Below are positions 26,301 to 39,800 of a DNA stretch of 64,000 bases, piece after piece. This DNA is from Bugula neritina (lineage: Eukaryota > Animalia > Bryozoa). The stretch lies in contig OZ037766.1 in NCBI GenBank assembly GCA_964035545.1, positions 33,222,773 to 33,286,772 on the forward strand. The letters are read 5' to 3'. Numbering within the stretch: the first letter of the stretch is position 1; each line of letters begins with the position of its first letter. Under the pieces are notes generated by a model. It saw nothing but the letters and a program-made list of their open reading frames with translations. It was not told where the DNA came from and ran no database searches. The translations under genes and the position numbers were made by a program.

Positions 26301-29009
26301 TAATTTATAATATATCTAAGAAATTTTAGTAAGACAATATTTAGTAATATTACTATTAAATATTTTATTTTTTTATTTATGTCAAGGATAAAATAAAATA
26401 ATGGATGATGAAGTACAATGCTAAATTATTTGGAACGCAATGTATCAAAGCTAAATGTTGTTAGTTACCATTAATGCTATTTGTTAGTTATTTTAATAAG
26501 GATAATGAATCCATGATTGAATCTGACTAACCAATCAAATTTATGGTTGAATATTACTAACCAATCAAATCTATGGTTACATATGACTAACCAATCAAAT
26601 CACTAGTTGTATGAATTCCTAGAAGACTCTCTCCAGAGGAAAGAAGCACCATCCCTCTATCTGCTGCAGGAAACATAGCCTTAGTGAGATTCACATGACA
26701 GTGGGTGACTGAGTCTACGCCCCTCTCTCCACACAGAGTTGTGACTGATGAACTCCTGATATCAACAGCTACTAAACTACTCCCAGTTCTAACCAACAAG
26801 ACTGAGCCAGAGAGAAGCAGCATTTCCTCTCCACCAGCTAAGGAAGGCCTCAGATAAAATGGGAGCTTCTCAAACCTGCTGTGATTGGCTACTAGCAAGT
26901 CGCTTGTTGATAGAAGAAAGCCAATCTCAATGCCCGTATCAACCAACCCGTAAAAAATATTTTCTGTCAGTTTTATGAAAGAGTTGTATTTGTACAAAGA
27001 TGACGCAATGGAATAAGCTGAGTCACTCTCCGTATCCAAGAGCAGCGCTGTGCCGTACTGCTGACTTTCTACGAGCACCAAGTGCGACGAGTTGACAGCG
27101 TAGCAGCTGAGTAACCTCTCGCCACCGAAGGTCACATTCATACTGCAGCTGCCGTTAAACACTACACTGCTAACATTGCTAGTTCTCGTCAACTTTAGTA
27201 AGCAACTTCCTTGAATGTAGTATACAACTGATGGGTGGAGTTGGCAGATGTCTCTCACTTCTGCTACTTCTGAGCTGTTAGAATACAGGCTATCTCCACC
27301 TACAAGTTTGTTGTATACAGAGAAGACAACTCTAATCATATGCAATTAATTGTTACATCAACATTTGAACATAAATTGTCTCCACATGGCATATCTCTTA
27401 ATGGGACTGCTTATGTAGTATAAACGTATAATATGTTATTTGAGTGTCACACAAATATCAGCCTTTAGATTTATTCAAACAACCTTTCAATATAATTAAT
27501 TCTATTTTATTCCTGTTAGTACAAGCAATATACCTGCTAGGAGATGATTTTTAAAATGGTTGTCCATGGTTACCAGACTACTTCCTCTCCCAAGAAGAAA
27601 GTTGGACCTGACATAGAGATCCTGGGTGATGACTGTAACTGACTCATTTCCTGCAGCTTCGCTGAGTAGCTCAGCTTTGTGAAACATGAACCTGTAAAGT
27701 GTTACCAGCTAATTAGTACAACTTCAGTAAGGATTGTAAGTTTATTTCACATAGTTTCCTGTAAATAGCTTTTAGAAATAGCAAGCAAGCAATGAGCTAT
27801 GACCCATTCCAGCTGTTTTGTCAGGACAAAAGTGTACTTATTAAGTATGTCTACAAGCTGCAGAAAATGCTCCCTATGTTGCAAATAAAGACATATAAGT
27901 TAATTGAGCAGATTTCTAACAAAAATGAATTTCGATCACATCAAGAACTTACAAATTAAAGAGTATTGTTTTTACTATTATAATACAAACAACATTAAAT
28001 TCTTTAAAGCAATCATTCTGGAAAGTATTGCTTAGGATTTTATTATTTCTGTATTTTTTTGTTTAAAGAAGACTTATCAAAATATAAAGGCAGCACATTG
28101 AAGTATAAACAGCTAGTGGGAAATGTCCAACAGCACACCTACTTGAGAGTGAAATAATCAATTCTCAAACTAATGAAAGATATTTTAAGCTGCTAGTAAT
28201 TGTACTAGTTTAGAAATTAAGCTCATAAATTATCATGAAAATAAAAACTTGAACTTATGATTGAAACCTCCAGAAACTTACCCACCCACTACTTTGCTGT
28301 CAACTCTTGACATGAAGTTGACAGCCAGCAGAAGCGTCACAGCAGGTGCTCTCTACAAGCAATGGGTTAAAATTGTAACGGCATTATACTTAAGCATTCA
28401 AGAGTTGTCTTTTCTATATGTAACTTTTTGTCTCATTTTCAAATATACCTTGACGGCAGCTTGTTTATCGTTATTGCTTATTCCAGGCAGCAAATTGCAA
28501 ACATTCAAACAATAGGTAAAAGTTTTACAAGCTTTTATGTAGTTTGATATTTACTTTCTATAAATTTCTTATAGTTAGCTATGTTGCATTTGATACTACA
28601 TGTATATTGAATAAAAATTGCATTTAAAACTTCCATCAATATCTCAACATATTTTATTAATTTTTTTTAAAATTATGGTGTCAAAACAAATAACCTAAAT
28701 AAAAAGTGTTCCACAAGGGCACTATTAGAAGAGCAGAGCAAGAAGTAAAATAGAAAGAACAGACAGCAAGCTATAAGCTGTAACAATAGAAAAAGCTAGC
28801 TTGAGAAAAAGCAGATCATATAATAAAACAAAATAAACTTGGGGTTATTTAACGTGCAAGATATATATGTATTTATATATCATATATGTATGTATGGGAC
28901 ACAATCCAATAATTAAAATAGCAGATTCTATCAGTTTAATCAGTAGCTTGCGGCCAGTAACTCACTATTCATCACTTATACCACAGTAACTTACCTTCAA
29001 TAATTCCAT
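14389..29009 (-). CDS. Large type I membrane mosaic receptor (~30 exons): signal peptide, propeller-like region, Cys-rich modules, CTLD, Sushi, CTLD, TSP1, 6 Sushi, FN3-like, PTPRJ/PTPRB-like membrane-proximal domain, TM, cytoplasmic tail
   Basis: Spliced start MELLK|RAPAVTLLLAVNFMSRVDS (29009-28995, 28352-28282). CTLD HSEAKQVCESSGGYLATVKS; TSP1 WESWGEWSTCS..RKRQRRC; Sushi exons at 23301-23506 and 19350-21844; YCNGYLKALSTFCVKLRVHT; TM LYIPTIFALVPGVVIMVFGLTM (~15360-15420); tail ends at stop 14389. Most junctions were checked for phase; a few small exons are uncertain. Confidence 0.75.
15583..16310. repeat. 19-bp intronic minisatellite
   Basis: ACACATATGATATATGGTG and variants. Confidence 0.95.
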
Positions 29010-30799
29010 GATCAATAAGAAATAAAAATATCCAAAACGAGAGAATGCTGTATATTCTAGTGAAACATCTGTTTATCTACAAACAAAAATACTAAACAAC
29101 GTGAGTCATTGTTGCACTTGAAGCCCTGCCAGAAAATAAATTGTTGTGACTGTAGTATTCTATTGTATGTTGTCTCCATAGTTTCTTTCTATTTGAATGT
29201 AATGAGATATAACTAACAAACTAAATTCACAATAAATGAATAACATGTAAAATTTATAGGATATAAAAAGTTGAATTAGTTAAAAATTGACTGTATATTT
29301 AAAGTCCTACCTAATCAGAATATTTACGTGTATATTATATTATTAGATACAAATTTGCTTTATATGATCTTAATATTAATAAATTATAAAAACAATGAAC
29401 ACAGTTCACATTGATGCCAACAAACTAATCCTACGTCCAGTTAAACACCAAATAATTTTATATTATAAAGGGCTTTTGAAAGTAACGTTAATAGTCTTTG
29501 CAGCAACTTTGTCTTTAATTGACTTATTTACTACGGACTCCTCCCACTATATACTCCTTTCACTATATACACTTCCCAATTTATACTCCCCCTACTATAG
29601 GCTCTTCCCAATTTATACTTCCCCTACTATAGGCTCCTCCCACTTTATACTCCCCCTACTATAGGCTCCTCCCACTTTATACTCCCCCTACTAAAAGCTC
29701 CTCCCACTACATACTTCTCCCACTACAAACTCCAATCACTATACAGACTCCTCCCACTATACAAACTCCTCCCACTAGATACTCTAACTAATGGTCTTCT
29801 CTTACATGCTCCACCTACTTAAGTTTTTCCCAATAAGCTCCTCCCACTAAGGTCTCATTGAAATTCATAAATCATTTACTGATGGCAGGCAGGTAGCTAT
29901 AGTTGAGTGAAGCTTTTAAAAGAATACAAAAGAGCCAGTAAGGTAAGCATTAAGTTAATTTTATTGTTTAGTTTGACTTAACAACGTAGAGCAATAACCC
30001 ACCACACCCTTCATTGATGTAGTATTAAAATATTCATAGATATCTTAGCTATTGTCTACAGTATTGTTGAGCCTGGTATGCTCAAATATTTGTGTTTTAT
30101 ATAATAAGTTTTGTTTTGGAATAATTTGAAATAATAAGTTTAAATTTCCAACCAGGTTTGCACAAAATTTATTATAAAACAAAATTGTTTGAGCAGACAA
30201 CCCTCAGACACTCTGAATATAATAGCTAAGATATGTATCTGTATTTTATTACTGCATAAATAAAGGGGTTCATTAAGTGTAAATGAACTAGTTAAATTGT
30301 ATGTACCAATAGGGTGCAAATAGTAACTATATACATACTCTATCATATTATATTATATTGTAATATTATTATAATTCTTGTAAACATTTACTTGTATTTT
30401 TATTGATATCGCAAGTTTTTTAATTACATGCATTTAAATAAATATGTGAAAGAAAGGAAGATATATTAAAAGTACACTGTTTCTCTATAAAACTTATATA
30501 GTTGCCAACAGTGTTCTATTTAGTAAACAGTTGAAAAAAGATGAAGGATAAAAACTATTTGGTTGTCGAGTAAATTTTCATAACTTCACAGATTAAATCT
30601 TCATGCCTCTATTATGAAACTGCAACATTGAAAGTTAAAATCTGTATATCTTTCCAGTGCTATGAGTTTAGAGTTTTACAATAACAGGGAACGTAGCTAC
30701 TTTACGTGTATTAATAGTATTAATAGTTGTGCAATAACGTTATGCTAATATAATATTCAACCTGGAATAAATGGGACTCACTGCTAGTTGTTAGCTACA

Positions 30800-30985
30800 C
30801 TCTATAGTTGTCAGTTACACTCTGTAGTTTTCAGTTAGACTCTGTAGTTTTCAGTTAGACTCTGCAGTTTTCAGTTAGACTCTGTAGTTTTCAGTTAGAC
30901 TCTGTAGTTTTCAGTTAGACTCTGTAGTTTTCAGTTAGACTCTGTAGTTTTCAGTTAGACTAAGTTATAGTAGTCAGTTAGACTA
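30800..30985. repeat. 20-bp array ending just before the acceptor at 30995
   Basis: TCTGTAGTTTTCAGTTAGAC. Confidence 0.9.
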
Positions 30986-31020
30986 TTAATTTTAGATGGT
31001 TTTGTTGAAATTTGTTAACC

Positions 31021-32018
31021 ATGGTTACAATTGTTGCCAATATATTAGCTGGTATAAGTTATATAGTATTACAAGCTATGTTGTGCTAAGTTAAAGTGTA
31101 CTCTATATTATAATATTAACTTCTCATATGATGAACTGTTACAGATTGTCTATGAGATAGATTGTTTATGAGATAGATTGTCTATGATTTACTCCCATGG
31201 AAGTTAAACTAACTACTCTACTAGCTATCATCCTGTTTATTTCAACAGGTAATATGTTACTATACATTGCGTCCTATACTCTTTTATATTGAATGGTAAT
31301 ATTATATGCGGTTCAAATGATAATTGCATTTTCTACTATTTATTTCTTAAACTTGCAATGTCTGTTCTAGTCTCTAATACATAGACTGAATAACTTATAA
31401 CCACGCCTCCACTTCATAGACTGGGTAACTTATAACCACGCCTCCACTTCATAGACTGAGTAACTTATAACCACGCCTCCACTTCATAGACTGAGTAACT
31501 TATAAACACGCCTCCACTTCATAGACTCAGTAACTGATAACCATGCCTCCACTTCATAGACTGAGTAACTTATAACCACGCCTCCACTTCATAGACTGAG
31601 TAACTTATAACCACGCCTCCACTTCATAGACTGAGTGACTTATATAACCACGCCTCCACTTCATAGACTGAGTAACATATCACCACGCCTCCACTTCATA
31701 GACTGAGTGACTTATATAACCACGCCTCCACTTCATAGACTGAGTAACATATCACCACGCCTCCACTTCATAGACTGAGTAACATAAACAATTATTTCTG
31801 CAGACCTGCTCACTTTGATAAGCTCACATTATGGCTGCCCTGGGAACTATCGCAGATGCAGAAACCTGTGCAGACAAAATGACTTTGAAGGAGGGAGGTG
31901 TGTGATTCGGGTCGGAGTATCTCACTGCAGATGCAGCAACAAGAGGAGTAACTCCGGTAGAATGTTACAGGAAGTGAAGTCTGGAGGAAGACGAAAACAT
32001 TTCATTAACAGAGGATAG
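31021..32018 (+). CDS. CS-alpha-beta (invertebrate-type) defensin-like precursor; main exon 31804-32018, probable upstream exon ending 31051; 5' structure uncertain
   Basis: HYGCPGNYRRCRNLCRQNDFEGGRCVIRVGVSHCRC has C-x6-C-x3-C-x9-C-x8-C-x-C with GCP and GGxC, then KR and a basic extension. Acceptor ttctgcag at 31803. Hydrophobic MVTIVANILA|DLLTLISS joins in phase. Confidence 0.7.
31380..31785. repeat. 35-bp array in the defensin intron
   Basis: CATAGACTGAGTAACTTATAACCACGCCTCCACTT. Confidence 0.95.
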
Positions 32019-33859
32019 TTAGTTGGGTTGAAGGGTGTTTGTTGTTTGCTATTTGCTGCTTGCTGCTTGCTATTTGCTGTTTGTTTTTTGTTGTCTTTTT
32101 GCTGTGAATTAAATATTAAAGAACTTTGAGTTGTTTGTTATCTATTCAATAGTAATATATAGTTTTATTATATTATACAGTTTTTACTTATAGAATTATA
32201 ATAAAGAAATACATCTGGTGCTGACAGAGGTATTATTATTATTGTGTAACTTATATTATGTTATTTTTATACTGTACAATTGAAATAGCTAAGAAATTAT
32301 GCTGAACACTGAATGAATCAGTTGACAAAATAACTTGAAATTTGTTACAATTATTGAGTCAAACCTATCAACAAGTCATGTCACTGCAATAAAGGTTAAA
32401 CAGTGCAGATTAAACAAATAGAATTCACCCTGAAAGAGCTATGTAAAGCTATCAGACCCAAGATTTTAGGCTATCAAATTCAAGATTTTAGGCTACCAAC
32501 GAAAGAGTTTAAGCTATACATATCACATCAAAGAGCTAATGAGGGGAAAATTTTCCCTGTTAAAAGTGACTGATTACGGCTAACACTGAAAATAGTACGA
32601 CCAACATGTTGTATTTTCTAAACACATATGTTATTATGCGTAATTGATTTCAGGAGAGCACAATTCCTAACCTACTACAAACTTGAGGGATAGAAGTTGT
32701 TCTACTTTGACATGGTTAGTAAATTATTAACTAATATTTTTCAGGTTTGGTAGGCATGCATGTATATAATAGGATATGCATAAATATAGATATAAAGTTA
32801 TCTTACATGTATAGTATAATCATGTTATATGTATAGTATAATCATGTTATATGTATAGTATAATCATGTTATATGTATAGTATAATAAAGTATAGGCATG
32901 TATTGTATATAGTCATATAGTATATGTATTGTATATAGTCATAGTATAATATGTATTGTATATAGTCATATAGTATATGTATTGTATATAGTCATATTAT
33001 ATGTATTGTATATAGTCATATTATATGTATTGTATATAGTCATAGTATATGTATTGTATATATAGTCATATTATATGTATTGTATATAGTCATATTATAA
33101 GTTTAGTATAATCATATATGCACATAATTTTTTCTAATGCATCAAATAAATTTTTAGAAATAATTCAATTAATTTGCTGGTAAAACTTTTATTGTGCATT
33201 TTTTGTTAGAATATATAGCATATTAAATCAGTAAAATATATCTATCCCTGTGTGTATTGTGTTCTATCCACCCCTGTGTGTATTGTGTTACTGCTAATAT
33301 ACTTTCCCTTGTATAAGTACAGCTAAGGGTGCAGTATAAGCTGCTGTCATTTGCTAGTGTATCGTGAAAGTACCTCAGTCAAACGTATCAGTGTATCGTG
33401 ATTGTACCTCAGTCTAAACGTATCAGTGTACATCTCCAGCATGATAAGCAATTTATTTATATTCTAACTTGTATACCCCTACACAAGCTGCTGGGGTTAT
33501 GTATCCACCACTGCTGATGTAACTATGTTTACGCGGCAGCAGCAAAGGCACATTAGCAGCTCATTAGAACTAAAGGTGGCTCTCTAGTTACTATACAATA
33601 TCGCACCTGTAACGATTGATATTTTCTGGTGAGTTCAATAAAGCTACAATAAAGTGAATGGTGGGAAGCGGCCTTTGATTGCTTTTAGATTACATGTAAT
33701 TAAAATGGGTTTGCAACCTTCTGCTATTCACACTGCAGGTTAAATACTTGTTAATAAACATAACATTTGAATGGAATCAAGAAATTACTTATCACTTGAC
33801 TTCAACATTGGAAAGAAGCTTGAAGTTGTAACACTCAATGGAAAGTGAGAACAGCTAAA

Positions 33860-36800
33860 ATGGTAAGACATTTTTATACTAGACTTCAAAATTTAAATGG
33901 TTGTTTTTATCTAAATTTATTTTTGTTTTAATATGAATAGGTTATATTTGTGTTTGCATAACGCTGCAGCTAAACTTCATATTGTGTTTCTCTGTCATTG
34001 TTTTATATAAGTGTAGAATAAACCTTTAAACATGCACGGCATGCCTGATTACATCAAATTTAAATTCAAGTATTTGCTTTTAGTGCTGAAAGAAAAGAAA
34101 ACTATTTTACAAGTTTTTACTTAAATATAACATAATATTATACTGTGGGCAGGTAAAGCTGAGTAAAAGACGGAGTATATTGATGAGACTACTACGGTCT
34201 AATGACCTTGACATGAGAAAAAGCGTACTGTATAAAAACACTCACTGGGTTAGCCTTCTGCTATATGGTGGCTGTTTCACCTTCACCTTTTACTGCTGGA
34301 GCTCTGGAGGACAGAAAACTCATGGTTCAGGTACATCTTGCTATCCACTCAAACATGAATGAAATATCTCCACTATGTATAACTTTACTATTACTGTATA
34401 TATGTTATGTACATTACTTTCTTATTCATGTCCCACATTTATTAGAGCAATAGTTCTTCAAACTAGAATTAAAAACAATTAATGGCACAATTTAAATTTT
34501 AAATCAACTCTGATAACAAAAGTTATAATCTATGTATCCAATTAATTTAATTAGCATGAAATGTGTCTTTCTTGGTGAATGCATGGGAACAAGATTTATA
34601 TAATATAATAGTAGCAGTGTACCAGACAGTTAATTTTCCAATTAGTTAGACGCGCGTGATGGTATATTTTACATTATATTATACAGTATATTTATATACT
34701 GTATATTTTACAGTATATTATACGATATATTTAGATACAGTATATTCTACAATATATTATACAGTATATTCTACACTCTACAGTATACTCTACAATATTT
34801 AAGTCTGCATATGGCCAATTTGCAAAAGCTGTGACTATGCAGTGACTTCAGTTTGTCTATCAGGTATTATACATCTCTCAAACTCGCATTTTTGACCAAA
34901 AAGAATAAAGTTGAATGTGAATAAATTGACCAAAACAAGATCTATTAACCAATCAGAGAACAGAATAGAATTCTGTCTCAAGGCTTTGCATTCCACTGAG
35001 AGCTACAGGAGTGGAGTAATGACCTCTGTTTGACCTCTGTCTGACCTCTGTCTGTAATGGACAGCAGAGGTTTTGAGAGACACAGAGGGCTGACTGACTG
35101 TCTGCTGACTTTATCTGTTGTAGTATAGGTCAGTACATTCCACTGCTCTCCTCCAAAGATAATACTGAGTGGTTAACTAGCTAATAAACTCAATAGTTTA
35201 AGGGAATAAGTGGTCCCACACCATTAAAGTTGAGACATGCTGGAATAGCTGTCACATGCTATTAGGTAAAAGTGTAGTAATTAGTAATGAGTTGACAGAG
35301 CTTCCCTGCGAGAGTGTTGACCTATGGGGCAATCCTATAAGATATACTGAAGTGGACTGGACTATTTGTTTCTCAATTATTCCCTGTGACATGAAAAAGA
35401 TAAGTGATTGTTAGGACAGATGGCGCTGTTACCAGTGCAGTTTGTGCCGGAGTGGGTTTAGTTGCATATGTATCAACTATATATAGTGCCCATATGCATG
35501 TCGCTATCTCCATGCACATTTAATATTATATATACTGTGGTTGTGTCTGTAATTCAAACTCAAATTATAGGAATTTCAGAAATAAACAAACATTGCAATA
35601 AAGCTTGTAAAACACTATAACTTTGACTTTCACATTGATTATGTCAGTTGCTAAAATTTCTTCAGTATGATTAAACAATCACATATTACATGGAAACCCT
35701 AGAACCACATATATGCTATTAATACTCTATAAGCGTTGTTTAAAATTAATATTTATTTGATTATTTAAACCCCTTGCCCTTCAGTTCTTTGGTATCAGAA
35801 TGGTTTGGTTATACCACCACTGCACTCTAGTTTACTGCCATTTATTGTAGTGACACCAGTGACATGTTGGGGCAGGTGTGTGACACCAGTGACATATTGG
35901 TGCAGGTGTGTGACACCAGTGCCATGTTGGTGCAGGTGTGTGACACCAGTGCCATGTTGGTGCAGGTGTGTGACACCAGTGGCATGTTGGTGCAGGTGTG
36001 TGACACCAGTGACATGTTGGGGCAGGTGTGTGACACCAGTGAAATGTTGGTGCAGGTGTAATGACACCAGTGCCATGTTGGGGCAGGTGTCGTGATATAC
36101 CAGTGACATGTTGGGGCAGGTGTAGTGACACCAGTGCCATGTTGGGGCAGGTGTGTAAGATTTAAATGAGTGGCTATTAAAGCTGACTTAATAATTGCAG
36201 TCTGGTAGCAAGCAGTGTTATGATTGAGTTTATGTAGATGAAGACTTGTGTCAAGTAGCTTGTAAGATGCAGGCTGGAGCACTTGAGGGGCACTTGTCTT
36301 TGAATATAAGTTAAATAGCAATCAGCTGTGTGTTTAGCTAAAGTGCTAATCACTGAAGGGTAGACATTAAATTTAGTAAACATTTGAAAATGGTGTTGAT
36401 AATTAAAAGTTACTGCACCTGTGGCTGCTGCTGCTGCTGCTGTGACTGCTGTCTATAATGTAGAGTAACAGAGAAACTGTAACTATAGTAGTTTGCAGTG
36501 TCCTATATATAAGTAGCGTTTCTCTAGTAGTATATTCATATAAATCTTGGGACAAAACAGATAAAGCAAATACTACTTTAACAAAATATATATTGAAGGT
36601 CCATTTCTTTAATGAGCAGCTGATGAACTTCATGGTTGAAGTATTTTGTATATTAAACCATTTAATTGAATAGTTAATTATATTTGCTTTATAAAACTTA
36701 ATATTAGAATTGATACAACATATTATATATGAGAATAATATTCTAATATTACATTGCATCAAATTCGAATATTGAGGTTTAATACATATTAAATATTATT

Positions 36801-39800
36801 TCATAGCATATAATATAATAATACAAGGTATGATTTATTTGTTGCATCATCTCTATCTAATGCAACTGTTAATTGCTGCCGACTGCATCTGCTCCTTATC
36901 TTAAGTGTTTATATAAAGGGAATCCTTTCATCAGCTATGCTGCTGGACTCAAAGTATAAACTAAACATAATCCTTCTTTTGATGACTTCATAACAGAACA
37001 GTAACAGTTATATACAAAAGTTGCGCAATATGCTTTCACCTTTTCTACAAGCTACGCTGACTTCACTAGTGCAATTATTGTATATTATTTTATTGAAAAT
37101 AAATTATGTTAACATACTAGTAATCTATTTTATAACTTGCACTTAAATGCAGTTTTTTCAATATATTACTATGGTAACATCTTACCATAGTAAAATCTTA
37201 CTATATAGTAATATATTGCTATAGCAATATATTACTATAGTGATATATTGTTATAGTAAGATGTTACCATAGTAATATATTACTATAGTAATATATTACT
37301 ATGGTAATATTTTACTATATAGTAATATAACACTATAATATAATAATAATGTATTGCTATAGCTGATTGATATGTTACAGAGGACACGACTCCAAATGTA
37401 CAAGTGTATTTAACAAGAAGGTTGATGAGTTCAACAGAAAATGAAACGACAACTCCACACACATCTGAAGGCTTGCCCTGGGAAGGTTGTGAGTTTGAGA
37501 AGTTGTCACCTCATACGAGCGCGTGGGTGGTGCACCACTTGTGGTGGGTCTTCTTCCTCTTTATAGGTGAATAGCAAGTTTCTGCACATACTACGTGAGT
37601 TTCTGCATATACTACGTGTGTTTCTGCATATACTATGTGAGTTTCTGCACATAATACGTGAGTTTCTGCACATACTACGTGAGTTTCTGCATATACTACG
37701 TGAGTTTCTGCATATACTACGTGAGTTTCTGCATATACTATGTGAGTTTCTGCACATAATATGTGAGTTTCTGCACATACTACGTGAGTTTCTGCATATA
37801 CTACGTGAGTTTCTGCATATACTACATGAGTTTCTGCATTTTAGTTTGATAATGTGACAGCATATTAGAGTATAACACTGATATTATTTGCTTTATCATT
37901 GTAATTGAAGTTATATTATAATGTAGACAAACATTTGAAACTATTACTTAAACTGGTTTTAGGTTTGGCTGTAGTTTGTGACGACTTCTTTGTGCCCGCT
38001 CTCGAAGTCATTTCTGAGAAACTCAAGCTATCGGAAGATGTGGCCGGAGCAACGTTTATGGCTGCTGGTAGCTCCGCCCCTGAGCTGTTTACATCCGTCA
38101 TGGGCGTGGCCCAAAAGACAGATGTGGGTGTGGGTGCGATTGTCGGGTAGGAAATTTTAAATTTTTGAATTAGGATTTTATTAGAGTGTATTACAGCTTT
38201 CATGTAGATATGCGAATGCATTACAACCTTCATGAAGATATGTGAATGTATTACAGCCTTCATATAGATATGTGAATGTACTACAACCTTCATGTAGATA
38301 TGTGAATGTATTACAGCCTTCATGTAGATATGTGAGTGTACTACAACCTTCATGTAGATATGTGAGTGTATTACAGCCTTCATATAGATATGTGAGTGTA
38401 CTACAACCTTCATATAGATATGTGAGTGTATTACAGCCTTCATATAGATATGTGAATGTATTACAGCCTTCATATAGATATGTGAGTGTACTACAACCTT
38501 CATGTAGATATGTGAGTGTATTACAGCCTTCATGTAGATATGTGAGTGTACTACAACCTTCATGTAGATATGTGAGTGTACTACAACCTTCATGTAGATA
38601 TGTGAGTGTACTACAACCTTCATGTAGATATGTGAGTGTACTACAACCTTCATATAGATATGTGAATGTACTACAACCTTCATATAGATATGTGAATGTA
38701 CTACAACCTTCATATAGATATGTGAGTGTACTACAACCTTCATATAGATATGTGAGTGTACTACAACCTTCATATAGATATGTGAATGTGATTTTATACG
38801 CAAAGAACTGAGAACACAACTATTTTTACTTTCAGGTCGGCCGTTTTCAACATTCTGGTGATTATAGCGCTGACAGGGGCCTTGGCAGGACAGGTGAGAG
38901 TTTAGGAGTTATCTTCTCTTCAGATGTAGCAGAATATTAGACTGTTTATGACTTTAGTAAATTACTTTACTTCAATAGGTTTATCTCAATTTAGGAGGGT
39001 AGTTTCCATGCATACTTTTGTACGAGCTCTTAAATGGACTAACTGCATCAGCCTTTTCTTTCTCAGTCTATTTTATAGATTCTAAAATCACATTATATAG
39101 GATGTAAAAAGGTAAAGCAAATGTTATACATGAACTACATGACATTTGGTATTTATCAATCACATAAAGAACTTGCATTTCATAAAAAGTAACCACGGTG
39201 AAGAAATTGTATGCGAAAGCTTAAAATTATAATTTAAATATCAAATATGTATGCCTTGAAGCTAACCCTTTGCAATAACATAACGTGGCATTATTGAAAC
39301 ACAATAGGTTGAATGGGCCAATCCTGTTGCATGTTACATACTAAATATCAACATAACTCTCATGTCTGTGAACAGCTGACTTTCTGCATTACACTGTTTA
39401 CTCACTTTTTAGTAAATTCTAAAAGCTTGTTATTACAAACTTGGAGTATTTATAGTTCTTTATTGATAAGCAGTTATTGATAGGTTCTGTCTTGCAAATG
39501 TAACTCAAAAAAGTTTTAAAACTATGAAAACCAGTGAAATGAAAATAAAAACAAACTACACATTTTTCACATGCTGCTAGTATTTGATGGTAAGAAAAAC
39601 TCAAAGTTGATTATATAAATATTCTTGTCAACTGTGACTCTTGATAGACTGACCTTGTTGCAGGTTCTACAGCTAGACTGGCGCCCCCTGGTGAGAGATA
39701 TAGTCTTCTATGCCATCTCCATTCTTGTGTTCATGGGAGTAGCGTATGACGGAACTATCTCATGGTTTGATGCGGTATTCCTGCTACTGCTGTATGTCAT

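Noticed and set aside
31006-31008. Selenocysteine reading of the in-frame TGA upstream of the defensin
   Set aside because: It lies in a putative leader, I recognised no SECIS, and a downstream ATG or a null allele is simpler.
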